Assembly: GCA_963789925.1 (NCBI GenBank)
Contig: CAWBMQ010000003.1
Location: forward strand, 39,320 to 103,319
Direction: 5' to 3'
DNA: 64,000 nucleotides
Source of the DNA: an uncultured Gemmatimonadales bacterium
GTDB taxonomy: Bacteria; Gemmatimonadota; Gemmatimonadetes; Gemmatimonadales; GWC2-71-9
Under the pieces are notes generated by a model that was not told where the DNA came from, searched no databases, and was given only the letters and a program-made list of their open reading frames with translations. Positions 37,691 through 46,158 of this stretch are shown here, in pieces (within the stretch, counting starts at the first letter, position 1; the number at the start of each line of letters is the position of its first letter). A program made the translations under genes and the position numbers.

Positions 37691-38806
37691 CTAGGCCACC
37701 GGGTCGAGGCCGAGCTGGAGCCGGCCGGTGAACTCCTGCTGCTTCCGCTCCGGCAACGGGTGGAACTGTGACGCATAGGCGTCACGCAGCAGGCGCTCGA
37801 TACCGGCGGCGCGCAGGTATCCCGCTCCTCCCGCCACTTCGAGGGCCTTCGCCGCCGTGGCAATGACCGCGTTGGATGCCAGGGTCTTCCGCACCAGCAT
37901 CGCGCTGCTGAGTTCATTCGACGGCTCGAACTCCAGGTCGGCAGCGAGTTCGGTCATGCTGTCGACCGCGAGCTGCGCCGCCGTCAGGGCGTTCTCCAGT
38001 TCACCCAGCAGCTGCGGCATGACGCCGCGCTTCCGCGCGAGGGCTCGCGCGCGTTCGGCGGCGGTCTCCGCGACACCGACGTACACCGACATGATGAGGG
38101 GCAGGGCGCAGCCCATGATGACGTTGTAGACGGCGTGATACCGAGCCCGCGGCCGCCTGAGCGACACCGCCCCCTCGGCGACGAACGCGTCCTTCAGCAC
38201 CACCGTCCCAGATCCCGTCCCCCGCATACCCATCGCCTGCCAGTCGTTGTTGACCGTGACGCCCTCCGTGCTGATCGGAAGCGGGAAGTGGAGGACCTGC
38301 CATCCTTCCGCCGGATCCTCGTAGGGCGCGGACGTTACGAGCATGTCTCCCGACGGGGAGCCGCTGGCGAAAGGCTTGCTGGCGTTCACGCGGTAGCCTC
38401 CCTCGACCTTCACGGCCTCACCACTCGACGCGAGCCAGTCGTTAGCGCCGGTGCTGATCAGGACCAGTTCCCGCGCCCCGACCGCCTCGAGGAGCTTCTG
38501 ACCCGGCCGTCCATGCCGATGATTGAAGAGAGCCGCCGCCACGAGGTGCTGGTGCATCGAAAGCGCGAGGGCGGTGGACGGGCAGAAGTGCGCGAGTTCG
38601 CGCAGCAGTGCGCAGACGTCCCGGTGGCTGGCGCCACCTCCCCCGAACTCCACCGGCACAAGGGCGGAGAACACCTTGTTTTCCTTGAGTACGACGTAGT
38701 TGTCGGCGACGAAGGCGTCGTTCTCGTCATGGTCGGCGGCGCGTTCCGCAAAGCCGGGCCCGATTTCGCGGGCGAGCTCGGTCCACTGCACGGTCTGGGT
38801 CAGCAT
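37691..38806 (-). CDS. Acyl-CoA dehydrogenase-family flavoprotein
   Basis: Three-domain ACAD layout. The middle beta domain reads W.AMGMRGTGSGTVVL.DAFV. The C-terminal helical domain reads AAKALEVAGGAGY......ERLLRDA.A..FHP. Confidence 0.8.
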   Translation of the reverse strand: MLTQTVQWTELAREIGPGFAERAADHDENDAFVADNYVVLKENKVFSALVPVEFGGGGASHRDVCALLRELAHFCPSTALALSMHQHLVAAALFNHRHGRPGQKLLEAVGARELVLISTGANDWLASSGEAVKVEGGYRVNASKPFASGSPSGDMLVTSAPYEDPAEGWQVLHFPLPISTEGVTVNNDWQAMGMRGTGSGTVVLKDAFVAEGAVSLRRPRARYHAVYNVIMGCALPLIMSVYVGVAETAAERARALARKRGVMPQLLGELENALTAAQLAVDSMTELAADLEFEPSNELSSAMLVRKTLASNAVIATAAKALEVAGGAGYLRAAGIERLLRDAYASQFHPLPERKQQEFTGRLQLGLDPVA

Positions 38807-38893
38807 GAGTTCCCTCCGGTTGTGCTGGTCCCGTACGTCCTATGATGCGTCGAAATCCGGACGGGAGCGACACCCCCTACGGTAACAGCGAAA

Positions 38894-38917
38894 GGGGAGG
38901 CGGAACCCCGCCTCCCC
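38894..38917 (-). terminator. Perfect 10-bp GC hairpin downstream of the DUF4342 gene
   Basis: GGGGAGGCGG-aacc-CCGCCTCCCC. On the minus strand it is followed by tttcgctgtt. Confidence 0.5.
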
Positions 38918-38945
38918 CTCACTCGACCGCCACAGCAACGAACGG

Positions 38946-39242
38946 TTACTCGTCGGTCTTCTCGACCTCGATCGTGTACTGCGCCGCGAGCGCCGCAATC
39001 GCACCCAGCGCCACCCACACCGGGAGGAGGACCGCGCCCACCACCCCGATCGTGAGCGGGATCTCCAGCAGGGTCTTCCCCTCGTCGTTCTTCACGATCA
39101 CCCGGCGGATGTTCCCCTGGCGCACCAGCTCCTTGATACGCTCCACCAGGCGATCGCCAGCCACCTTGTGCTCTTCGGTGTGGACCTGCTCCGTCGTGGA
39201 CATGATCTCTCCCTTGGATACCGTAGTAAGCTCGTTCGACAT
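38946..39242 (-). CDS. DUF4342-family small protein (98 aa)
   Basis: Text VAGDRLVERIKELVRQGNIRRVIVKNDEGKTLLEIPLTIGVVGAVLLPVWVALGAIAAL is typical of this family. Confidence 0.7.
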   Translation of the reverse strand: MSNELTTVSKGEIMSTTEQVHTEEHKVAGDRLVERIKELVRQGNIRRVIVKNDEGKTLLEIPLTIGVVGAVLLPVWVALGAIAALAAQYTIEVEKTDE

Positions 39243-39484
39243 CGTTTATCTCCGCTCAAGCGGTTGGTCGTGCGAGTGATATACGTCGTCCTGCCCGGCG
39301 AGTTTCAGGATGAACCGTGGTCCTCCCGAGCTGACCTTGGGCCGCTCTGACCGCGGCGATCCGGGGCATCAGGACATAGGCCCGACCCGCCCTACCAGCC
39401 CCACCCGCCCTGCCCTATTTTGTGGCTCACTGAATCGGCGCACCAGCGCGCCGGGGACACCTGGTACAGAGGGCGGAGCAGACA

Positions 39485-40042
39485 ATGAAGGCAAATGACA
39501 TCCGGAAGGGCATTGTGGTCATGTACGAAGGACAGCCCTGCCGGGTGATGGACTTCCAGCACCGCACTCCCGGGAACCTCCGGGCGTTCGTCCAGGTGCG
39601 CATGCGCAACTTGTCCAATGGCAACAGCTTCGAAACCCGCTTCAGTTCGACCGAAGACCTCGAGACGGCCCGGCTGGACACCAAGGAAATGCAGGTGATG
39701 TACGACGACGGCACCGACGTGCACGTCATGGACTCCCACACCTACGAGCAGTTCACCTTCGACTCCGAAGTCGTTGGGGACCTGCGTCCATGGATGCAGC
39801 CGGAGATGGTCTTCCAGGCCGAGTGGCTCAACGGCCGCCCGATTTCGATCAAGCTTCCGGCGACGCTGGAGATTGAAATCTCCGACACCGCCCCGGTCAT
39901 GAAGACGGCCACCAAGACCGCCAGCAGCAAGCCGGCAACGCTGGTGAATGGCGCGACGATCCAGGTTCCCGAGTTTGTCGGCAGCGGTGAAAAAGTGAGG
40001 GTCAATCCCACCACCGGCGAGTATCTGGAGCGCGTGAAGTAG
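39485..40042 (+). CDS. efp: Translation elongation factor P
   Basis: 185 aa. KANDIRKG.V......PC.V.DFQH..PG...AFV.V.MRNL..G, a three-domain length, and a C-terminal VPEFV..GEKV.VNT.TGEY..R. Confidence 0.95.
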   Translation: MKANDIRKGIVVMYEGQPCRVMDFQHRTPGNLRAFVQVRMRNLSNGNSFETRFSSTEDLETARLDTKEMQVMYDDGTDVHVMDSHTYEQFTFDSEVVGDLRPWMQPEMVFQAEWLNGRPISIKLPATLEIEISDTAPVMKTATKTASSKPATLVNGATIQVPEFVGSGEKVRVNPTTGEYLERVK

Positions 40043-40072
40043 GCCGACACTGTCTGGCCACCGCAACGACAT

Positions 40073-40109
40073 GGGGTACTGCAAGAATTTGCAGTACCCC
40101 ATTTTATTT
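40073..40109 (+). terminator. Rho-independent terminator of efp
   Basis: GGGGTACTGCA (40073-40083), loop agaatt, TGCAGTACCCC (40090-40100), then ATTTTATTT. Confidence 0.8.
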
Positions 40110-40213
40110 GCAGTAAACTCTTAGTACACAATAACTTAGCAACTAACCAAGCTCCCGCATCTTGCGGCGCGCTATATGCGATCCTCTCTCCCAGTTACCG
40201 AGACGAGGGTCAT

Positions 40214-40597
40214 GTGTCCAGCGGCGCCAGTCACAACTACCGGATCACGCACTATGGGGCCGACGGGCACGTCTACCTCAAGGATGTGCGCTTGCTCTGG
40301 AACTGGAATTGGCGCTACGGTCGCGATCCGGTTTTCGAGTGCCGCACTGCCGCTGAGAAGTCCGAAAGCCTCATGGACCGCGCGCGCCGGATCTCCGCCG
40401 AGATGAACGCGGCCATCGCCACGGGCTGTGCCCGCCCAAGCGACCGCCGCACGCTGCTTCGCCGGAGCGACGCCATCGATCCCGCCGCCCGGCACGCCAT
40501 CTGGCAGGATCTCATCACCGTCCAGATCACCATGGCGACCCTCTCCGCCCTCGCGGTGAAAGCCTCCATCGAGGCGATGCAGAAGCGCGAACGCTAG
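40214..40597 (+). CDS. Orphan hypothetical protein (127 aa)
   Basis: GTG start four nt after GAGGG. The text begins SSGASHNYRITHYGADGHVYLKDVRLLWNWNWRYGRDP. I recognise no family. It sits just after the AT-rich stretch. Confidence 0.4.
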   Translation: MSSGASHNYRITHYGADGHVYLKDVRLLWNWNWRYGRDPVFECRTAAEKSESLMDRARRISAEMNAAIATGCARPSDRRTLLRRSDAIDPAARHAIWQDLITVQITMATLSALAVKASIEAMQKRER

Positions 40598-40680
40598 CGC
40601 ACGTTCAATTCGTTGACCCCAGAACTCGTCCGTTCTAATTTGGGCGTCGGGCCATGGCGTCCCTTGGTTCCTACCCCCTA

Positions 40681-40734
40681 ACACGTTGAGGGCCGCGATG
40701 AGTGGCAACACGTTGAGGGCCGCGATGAGTGGCA
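40681..40734. repeat. Perfect 27-bp tandem duplication (2 copies) at the 5' end of the cupin gene
   Basis: ACACGTTGAGGGCCGCGATGAGTGGCA occurs at 40681-40707 and again at 40708-40734. Each copy carries GAGGG-n5-ATG. Confidence 0.95.
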
Positions 40735-41678
40735 ACGAGCATGGTCAGACGGGCGGCGCGAGCGACTCGCAGCCGACCTATCGAGTCTGGTGCGCGGAGG
40801 GAGCCGAGTATCACCCGCGGCGAACGATCCGCATACGGCACTCATTGTCGAGCCATCCTCTCCTCACAGTCCCTGCGTTGCATCGGCTCGGTGAGAAGTT
40901 TCGAGCCCAAGGGAAGAATCAGGTCAAGTTCGTTCGCAAGGGCACAACCAGCGCTGATCGGCTAAACCCTCTCCCCGAAGATGAGAGCGGACGATCACTG
41001 GCCGAAGTGTTTTCGAGCATTGAGGAACCCGGGTCCTGGGTCTCGCTCTATCACGTTCAGACTGACCCGGAGTATGCGGAGATGCTGCGCACGATCTCGA
41101 CCACCGTGGCGCCCTGGCAGGAAGCGCTCGACCCGGGCGCATTCGACTGGGCCGGATTCATTTTTGTGTCCTCGCCGCCGTCGGCCACTCCGTTTCACAT
41201 TGACCGCGAGAACAACTTCTTCCTGCAGATCCACGGGAAAAAGCGCATGAGTGTCTGGGACCCCGCGGACCGGAACGTTGTGCCGGAAAGCGCCATCGAG
41301 GATAGAATGGCACATGGCGCCAATAGCAACGTTTCCTTCGACACATCGTTTTATCAGCGTGCGATAATCAACGACGAACTTGGCCCGGGCGAGGGCGTAT
41401 ATATGCCCAGTACCTCCGGTCACACCACCAATACTGAGGCAAAGCCGACGGGCCCGGACGACACGTATTCCGTGTCAATCGGCGTCAATTTCTACACGAA
41501 AGCTACGCGGCGCGCCGGTAACAACTATGCCCTCAACTACTATCTGAGGCGCCTTGGAATGAATCCACGCTCGCCGTACGAATCGCCGGCGCTGGATAAG
41601 CTGAAATACCCGGTCGCAAGGTCGCTGGTACTGGCAAAGAAATATTTCCGCGGATTCGAGATTCCACCGGGCATGTAG
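40699..41678 (+). CDS. JmjC/cupin_8-like Fe(II)/2-oxoglutarate-type oxygenase
   Basis: HxD in SATPFHIDRENNFFLQIHGKKRMSVWDP, with Lys on the following strand. The distal His is in GEGVYMPSTSGHTT. The start is ambiguous: TTG 40686, ATG 40699 or ATG 40726, the last two being the duplicated ATG. The 3' half has lower G+C; three hand-counted 60-nt lines gave 53%, 62% and 55%. Confidence 0.7.
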
Positions 41679-41714
41679 TCCGAATCGGCAGCACCTTGAC
41701 CAGCATGGGCAGGA

Positions 41715-42905
41715 ATGACGAAGATGCCCCGGGTGACCGAGCGCCTCTACTACACCGACGCCTACCTCGCCTCGTTCTCGGCCGCCGTCAGCGAAATCGC
41801 TGACGGCGGTCGTCGCATCTACCTCGACCGCTCCGCCTTCTACCCCGCCTCGGGTGGCCAGCCGCACGATCTCGGCACGATCGACGGCATTCCGGTGCTC
41901 GAGGTGGTTGACGACGGCGAGCGGGTGGCCCATCTCCTCGCCGCACCGCTCGCGGCGTCCACCGTCCAGGGTGTGGTCGACTGGCCCCGCCGCTTCGATC
42001 ATATGCAGCAGCATACCGGCCAGCATCTCCTCTCCGCGGTCTTCATCGAGCTGCTGAACGCCGAGACTGTGAGCGTGCACTTCGGCGCCGACAACTCCAC
42101 CCTCGACCTGGACGTGGGCGAGGTGTCCCCCGGCGAAATTGCCGACGTGCAGGATCGCGCCAATGCCGTCACCGCCGAGAACCGCCCCGTCACCGTCTCC
42201 TTCGAGGACGCCGCCACCGTGTCCGGGCTCCGGAAGCCGAGTGATCGCGCCGGCGTACTGCGCCTCGTCACCATCGCCGACCTGGACAAGAGCGCGTGCG
42301 GTGGCACGCACGTGCGGCACACCGGGGAGATCGGCGCGATCCTCATTCGGCGCGTGGAGCGGGTCAAGAAGCGCGTGCGGGTCGATTTTCTCTGCGGGCT
42401 TCGCGCCGCTCACCGCGCCCGGGCCGACTACCTGGCGCTGTCGCACGTCGCCGCCGGGTTTTCTGCGGCGCTCGACGACACACCCATGCTCGTCGATCGG
42501 CAGCGCCAGGAACTGCGCGACTCGCATGGTGCGCGTGATGGCCTCCTTCAGGACCTCGCCACCTTCCAGGCCCGCGATCGTGTCATGGCGGCGGTACGGA
42601 GTGCGTCCGGACACCGCATCATCGTCGAGCACCTGCCGGGTGGATCGCTGGAGGCACTGCGTCCCCTCGCAAACGCCGTTGCGGCGCATGAAGGCGCGAT
42701 CTTCATCGGTGTGAGTGATGAGCCCGCCGCCATCCTCCTCGCCACCTCACCCTCGAGCGGCGTCGAGGCCGGCTCGATGCTGAAGGGCGTGCTCGACGCC
42801 GCCGGTGGCCGGGGCGGCGGATCACCCCGTCTTGCCCAGGGCAGCCTCCCATCCACCGAGGCACTGCAAACGGCCCTCGCGACGCTGCAAGCGGCAATTC
42901 CATAG
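41715..42905 (+). CDS. alaX: AlaX-L type alanyl-tRNA editing protein (AlaRS editing domain plus DHHA1-like C-terminus)
   Basis: TERLYYTDAYL, zinc motifs HTGQHLL and CGGTHV, and C-terminal GGRGGGSPRLAQG. Confidence 0.85.
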   Translation: MTKMPRVTERLYYTDAYLASFSAAVSEIADGGRRIYLDRSAFYPASGGQPHDLGTIDGIPVLEVVDDGERVAHLLAAPLAASTVQGVVDWPRRFDHMQQHTGQHLLSAVFIELLNAETVSVHFGADNSTLDLDVGEVSPGEIADVQDRANAVTAENRPVTVSFEDAATVSGLRKPSDRAGVLRLVTIADLDKSACGGTHVRHTGEIGAILIRRVERVKKRVRVDFLCGLRAAHRARADYLALSHVAAGFSAALDDTPMLVDRQRQELRDSHGARDGLLQDLATFQARDRVMAAVRSASGHRIIVEHLPGGSLEALRPLANAVAAHEGAIFIGVSDEPAAILLATSPSSGVEAGSMLKGVLDAAGGRGGGSPRLAQGSLPSTEALQTALATLQAAIP

Positions 42906-42913
42906 GAGTTCAT

Positions 42914-43336
42914 ATGCAGGATTACGCAACGCACCGCCGCCTCAACCCGCTGTATCACTTCATCGCGTTTCCCATTTTCACGGCAAACCTGGTGGTGACG
43001 GGAATCCACCTTTTTCGCGCGCCCAGCCCATCGACGGGATGGGCATTCGTCGTCGCGTTCGGCATGATCGCCATGCTCGGCGTCGGACGGCTCCAGGCCC
43101 TCATGGTGCAGGATCGTATCATTCGCCTCGAGGAGCGCCTGCGACTCCAGGCACTCGCGCCGGCGTTTGCCGGACAGATCGACAGGCTGAACAAGCGCCA
43201 GGTCGCCGCACTGCGATTCGCCAGCGACGCCGAGTTTCCCGACCTCGCTCGCCGCGTGTTCGCGGGCGAGTTCGCGACCGGCGGCGCGATCAAGCGCGCC
43301 GTCAGCCAGTGGCGCGCCGACCACATGCGCGTCTGA
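42914..43336 (+). CDS. Small membrane protein (2 TM, DUF6526-like)
   Basis: NPLYHFIAFPIFTANLVVTGIHLF and WAFVVAFGMIAMLGV, followed by an amphipathic tail. The family assignment is from memory only. Confidence 0.6.
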   Translation: MQDYATHRRLNPLYHFIAFPIFTANLVVTGIHLFRAPSPSTGWAFVVAFGMIAMLGVGRLQALMVQDRIIRLEERLRLQALAPAFAGQIDRLNKRQVAALRFASDAEFPDLARRVFAGEFATGGAIKRAVSQWRADHMRV

Positions 43337-43361
43337 CCCATGACTCACGGTTGATGACCCA

Positions 43362-44042
43362 ATGAACGACGATCCGCGCGATGCGATGCCCGAGAAGCTT
43401 CACGTATACCTTGGCAAGAGCATCGACGTCACGTACCACAAGGCGCGCTGCATCCATGTCGGTGCCTGCATCCGTGGACTTCCGCGCGTCTTCGATCCCG
43501 GCAGCCGGCCCTGGGTGATCTGCGACAACAGCACCGCGGACAAGGTCGCCACCGTGGTCGAGCAGTGTCCCTCAGGCGCACTGCAGTACATGCGGAAGGA
43601 CGGCGGGCCCGAGGAAGTACCCGATGAGCAGAACGCGCTGCTTGTCTCCCGCAACGGCCCGCTCTTCATTCGCGGCGAGCTCGAGCTGGTGATGACTGAT
43701 GGCAGTCTGTCGAAGGAGACTCGACTTGCGCTCTGTCGCTGCGGCGCGTCGACGCATAAACCGTATTGCGACAATTCGCATCTGCGCGTGCGCTTCGAAG
43801 ATTCGTCGACACGCATTCCGGCCGGTGAGCTTGGCGCCGACCGCTCCGATGTCGACGGTCCGCTCCGCATCGAGCCCCAGCGCGATGGCCCCCTCCAATT
43901 CAGCGGCAACCTGCGCATCCTCGACGCGGCAGGTGTGGCGGCCGGCTGTTCCACGGAGGCGACATTCTGCCGCTGCGGCCACTCCGGCAACAAGCCGTTT
44001 TGCGACGGAAGCCATGTAACGGCAAGGTTTTCCAGTGCCTGA
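43362..44042 (+). CDS. Iron-sulfur protein: divergent 4Fe-4S mono-cluster domain fused to two CDGSH-type 2Fe-2S domains
   Basis: N-terminal ARCIHVGACIRGLP...EQCPSGAL. Then CRCGASTHKPYCDNSH and CRCGHSGNKPFCDGSH. Confidence 0.8.
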   Translation: MNDDPRDAMPEKLHVYLGKSIDVTYHKARCIHVGACIRGLPRVFDPGSRPWVICDNSTADKVATVVEQCPSGALQYMRKDGGPEEVPDEQNALLVSRNGPLFIRGELELVMTDGSLSKETRLALCRCGASTHKPYCDNSHLRVRFEDSSTRIPAGELGADRSDVDGPLRIEPQRDGPLQFSGNLRILDAAGVAAGCSTEATFCRCGHSGNKPFCDGSHVTARFSSA

Positions 44043-44134
44043 CGTTCACCCGAAGGGAACGCTGTATTATCCTTGCGAATAACCTCCTGGAGAGGCACGT
44101 TACGACAGTGAATTCCGCCCAGGAAACCGTCCGG

Positions 44135-45904
44135 ATGGCCACCCCCGTGGACGCCGCCAACACCGAAGAACTCGAGCTCCTCCGCGCGACTACGCTGGGC
44201 GAGTACGAGATACTCGGCGAGCTTGGCCGCGGGGGTATGGCAACCGTCTACGCCGCGCATGATATTGCACTCGACCGGCGGGTGGCCATCAAGGTCATTT
44301 CCCCGTCGCTCGGTGCCAGCCCGCCCCTGGTGGAGCGATTCCGGCGGGAGGCCCGCACGGCCGCCTCCCTGAGCCATCCCAACATCATCCCGATCTATTC
44401 CGTCCGGCACGCCGACCGACTGCTGTACTTCGTCATGAAGCACGTCGACGGCCGGCCGCTGGACAGCATTCTCCGGGAAACCGGGGCGCTGCCCGTGCCC
44501 ACCGTGCAGGCCATCCTGGGCCAGGTAGCCGGGGCCGTAGGCTACGCCCACCGGCACGGTGTGGTGCATCGCGACATCAAGCCCGGCAACATCCTCATCG
44601 ACGACGAGGGCTGGTGCGTCGTCACCGACTTCGGTATCGCGAAGGTCGCGGAGTCGGAGGGGCTCACCACGTCCGGGATGATGGTCGGTACGCCTGCCTA
44701 CATGAGCCCGGAGCAGTGCCTGTCCAACGACATCAGCGGCGCCACCGACCAGTACGCGCTCGGCGTGGTCGCGTATGAGATGCTCACGGGACGGCTGCCG
44801 TTCCCCGGCACCTCGATGATGTCGGTGATGTACGCGCACGTGCACGTGCCGGTACCCGCCATCGAGGAGTTGCGCGCGGAATGCCCGCCCGAGCTGGCGG
44901 GAGCGGTCATGCGCATGCTCGCGAAGGAGCCGGCGGATCGCTGGCCCTCGATCGAGGAAGCGGTCGCGGCCCTGGGACATGTCACGGCGTCGCAGGACGA
45001 GCCGACTCGCAATCAGCTGATCACCCTCGCCACCACCGGGTCGCAGCCGCTCACCGTGCGCTACGCCACGCCGCGCAGCCCTATGCCGTTTTCGCGCTCC
45101 AGTTTCGGAATGTCCGAGGCGAAGACGCTCCAGATTGGTGCGCTCAAGAGCCGTAAGGGTTTGGTGACCACGGTGGCAGGTGCAGGCCTCCTCGTCGCCG
45201 CCGCGGTCTACTTCGCTCCATGGCGTCGACCTGCCCCTGAAACGCCGGCGCCTGCCACCGTCAGCGCCGCGCCGGCATCGCCGACTGACGGCGCGGCTCA
45301 ACCGGCCGGCAACGCTGGCGCGGCGCCGGCCAAACCTCCCGAGACGATCGCCAGTTCGGCAGGGGCGAAGCGGGGGCCCAAGGCGGCGCCGGGCACCGCA
45401 GCGGCCGAGGTGACCTCTCCGGCTGCGCAACCGGTCCAGACTGTTGCCACAGTCCCGGTCGTGGCCATATCGGTGGTGGACATGGAGGAGCCGGCTGAGG
45501 TCGGCGCTGCCAAGCGCGACATCTCGGGCAGCGACGCTATGCTCGGACGTGTCGCCGCGTCAGGTGAGGTGTCCGCGGAAACCCGCGCCTCGATCGAGCG
45601 GGTACTCAAGGGTTATGGCCAGGCACTCACACTGGGCGAGATGGCCGAGGCGCTGCGCCGCTACCCGGGCATGCCGGGCGCGCGGCAGGAACAGCTCGGC
45701 GGATTCTTCGCGACTGGCGGTCGCTACAGCGTCCGCTGGAAGGTCACGGGACTTCAGGTCACCGGCAATCGGGCGCAGGCGCAGTTGAGCGGTTCGACCA
45801 CCGAAATCCATGGCGGTGCGTTCGGCAGCACCCGCGTGGTCAACGAGCAGGTGCAACTCGAACATCGCGCCAATAACTGGGAAATCACCCAGATCGCACA
45901 GTAG
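44135..45904 (+). CDS. Hanks-type Ser/Thr protein kinase with a TM helix and extracytoplasmic C-terminal domain
   Basis: GELGRGGMATVY, AIKV, HRDIKPGNILI, DFGIA, GTPAYMSPEQ. TM helix LVTTVAGAGLLVAAAVYFA, a PA-rich linker, and a roughly 130-aa C-terminal domain. The ORF opens at 44000; the ATG at 44135 is preferred. Confidence 0.9.
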   Translation: MATPVDAANTEELELLRATTLGEYEILGELGRGGMATVYAAHDIALDRRVAIKVISPSLGASPPLVERFRREARTAASLSHPNIIPIYSVRHADRLLYFVMKHVDGRPLDSILRETGALPVPTVQAILGQVAGAVGYAHRHGVVHRDIKPGNILIDDEGWCVVTDFGIAKVAESEGLTTSGMMVGTPAYMSPEQCLSNDISGATDQYALGVVAYEMLTGRLPFPGTSMMSVMYAHVHVPVPAIEELRAECPPELAGAVMRMLAKEPADRWPSIEEAVAALGHVTASQDEPTRNQLITLATTGSQPLTVRYATPRSPMPFSRSSFGMSEAKTLQIGALKSRKGLVTTVAGAGLLVAAAVYFAPWRRPAPETPAPATVSAAPASPTDGAAQPAGNAGAAPAKPPETIASSAGAKRGPKAAPGTAAAEVTSPAAQPVQTVATVPVVAISVVDMEEPAEVGAAKRDISGSDAMLGRVAASGEVSAETRASIERVLKGYGQALTLGEMAEALRRYPGMPGARQEQLGGFFATGGRYSVRWKVTGLQVTGNRAQAQLSGSTTEIHGGAFGSTRVVNEQVQLEHRANNWEITQIAQ

Positions 45905-45969
45905 GGCCTAAACCGCGAGGAGTCGGGCGCTCCGAAACCGCCCCGGTGTACCCAACACTGCAGTTGTAC

Positions 45970-45999
45970 ATGCCGCCCGCCCGGGCGGCATTCGTTTTT
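45970..45999 (+). terminator. Rho-independent terminator of the kinase gene
   Basis: ATGCCGCCCG-cc-CGGGCGGCAT followed by TCGTTTTT. Confidence 0.7.
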
Positions 46000-46158
46000 G
46001 CGGCAACTTCAATCGTCGCAAGACCTTGATCGACTGAATCGAATCGCGTCACCGTCCACGCTTTGGACAACTCGAAAACGCTGCGGATGGCACCGCCGTT
46101 GCCCCTCTGTGCCAAATGCCCGGGGTCCTCGGGCATACCTACGAGAGGAGCGTTTGCC

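Noticed and set aside
39379-39412. Short direct repeat ACCCGCCCT (two copies) upstream of efp, and a small GC palindrome near 39425-39445.
   Set aside because: Nine-nt matches in a high-GC spacer are expected by chance. No conserved riboswitch-like architecture could be recognised.
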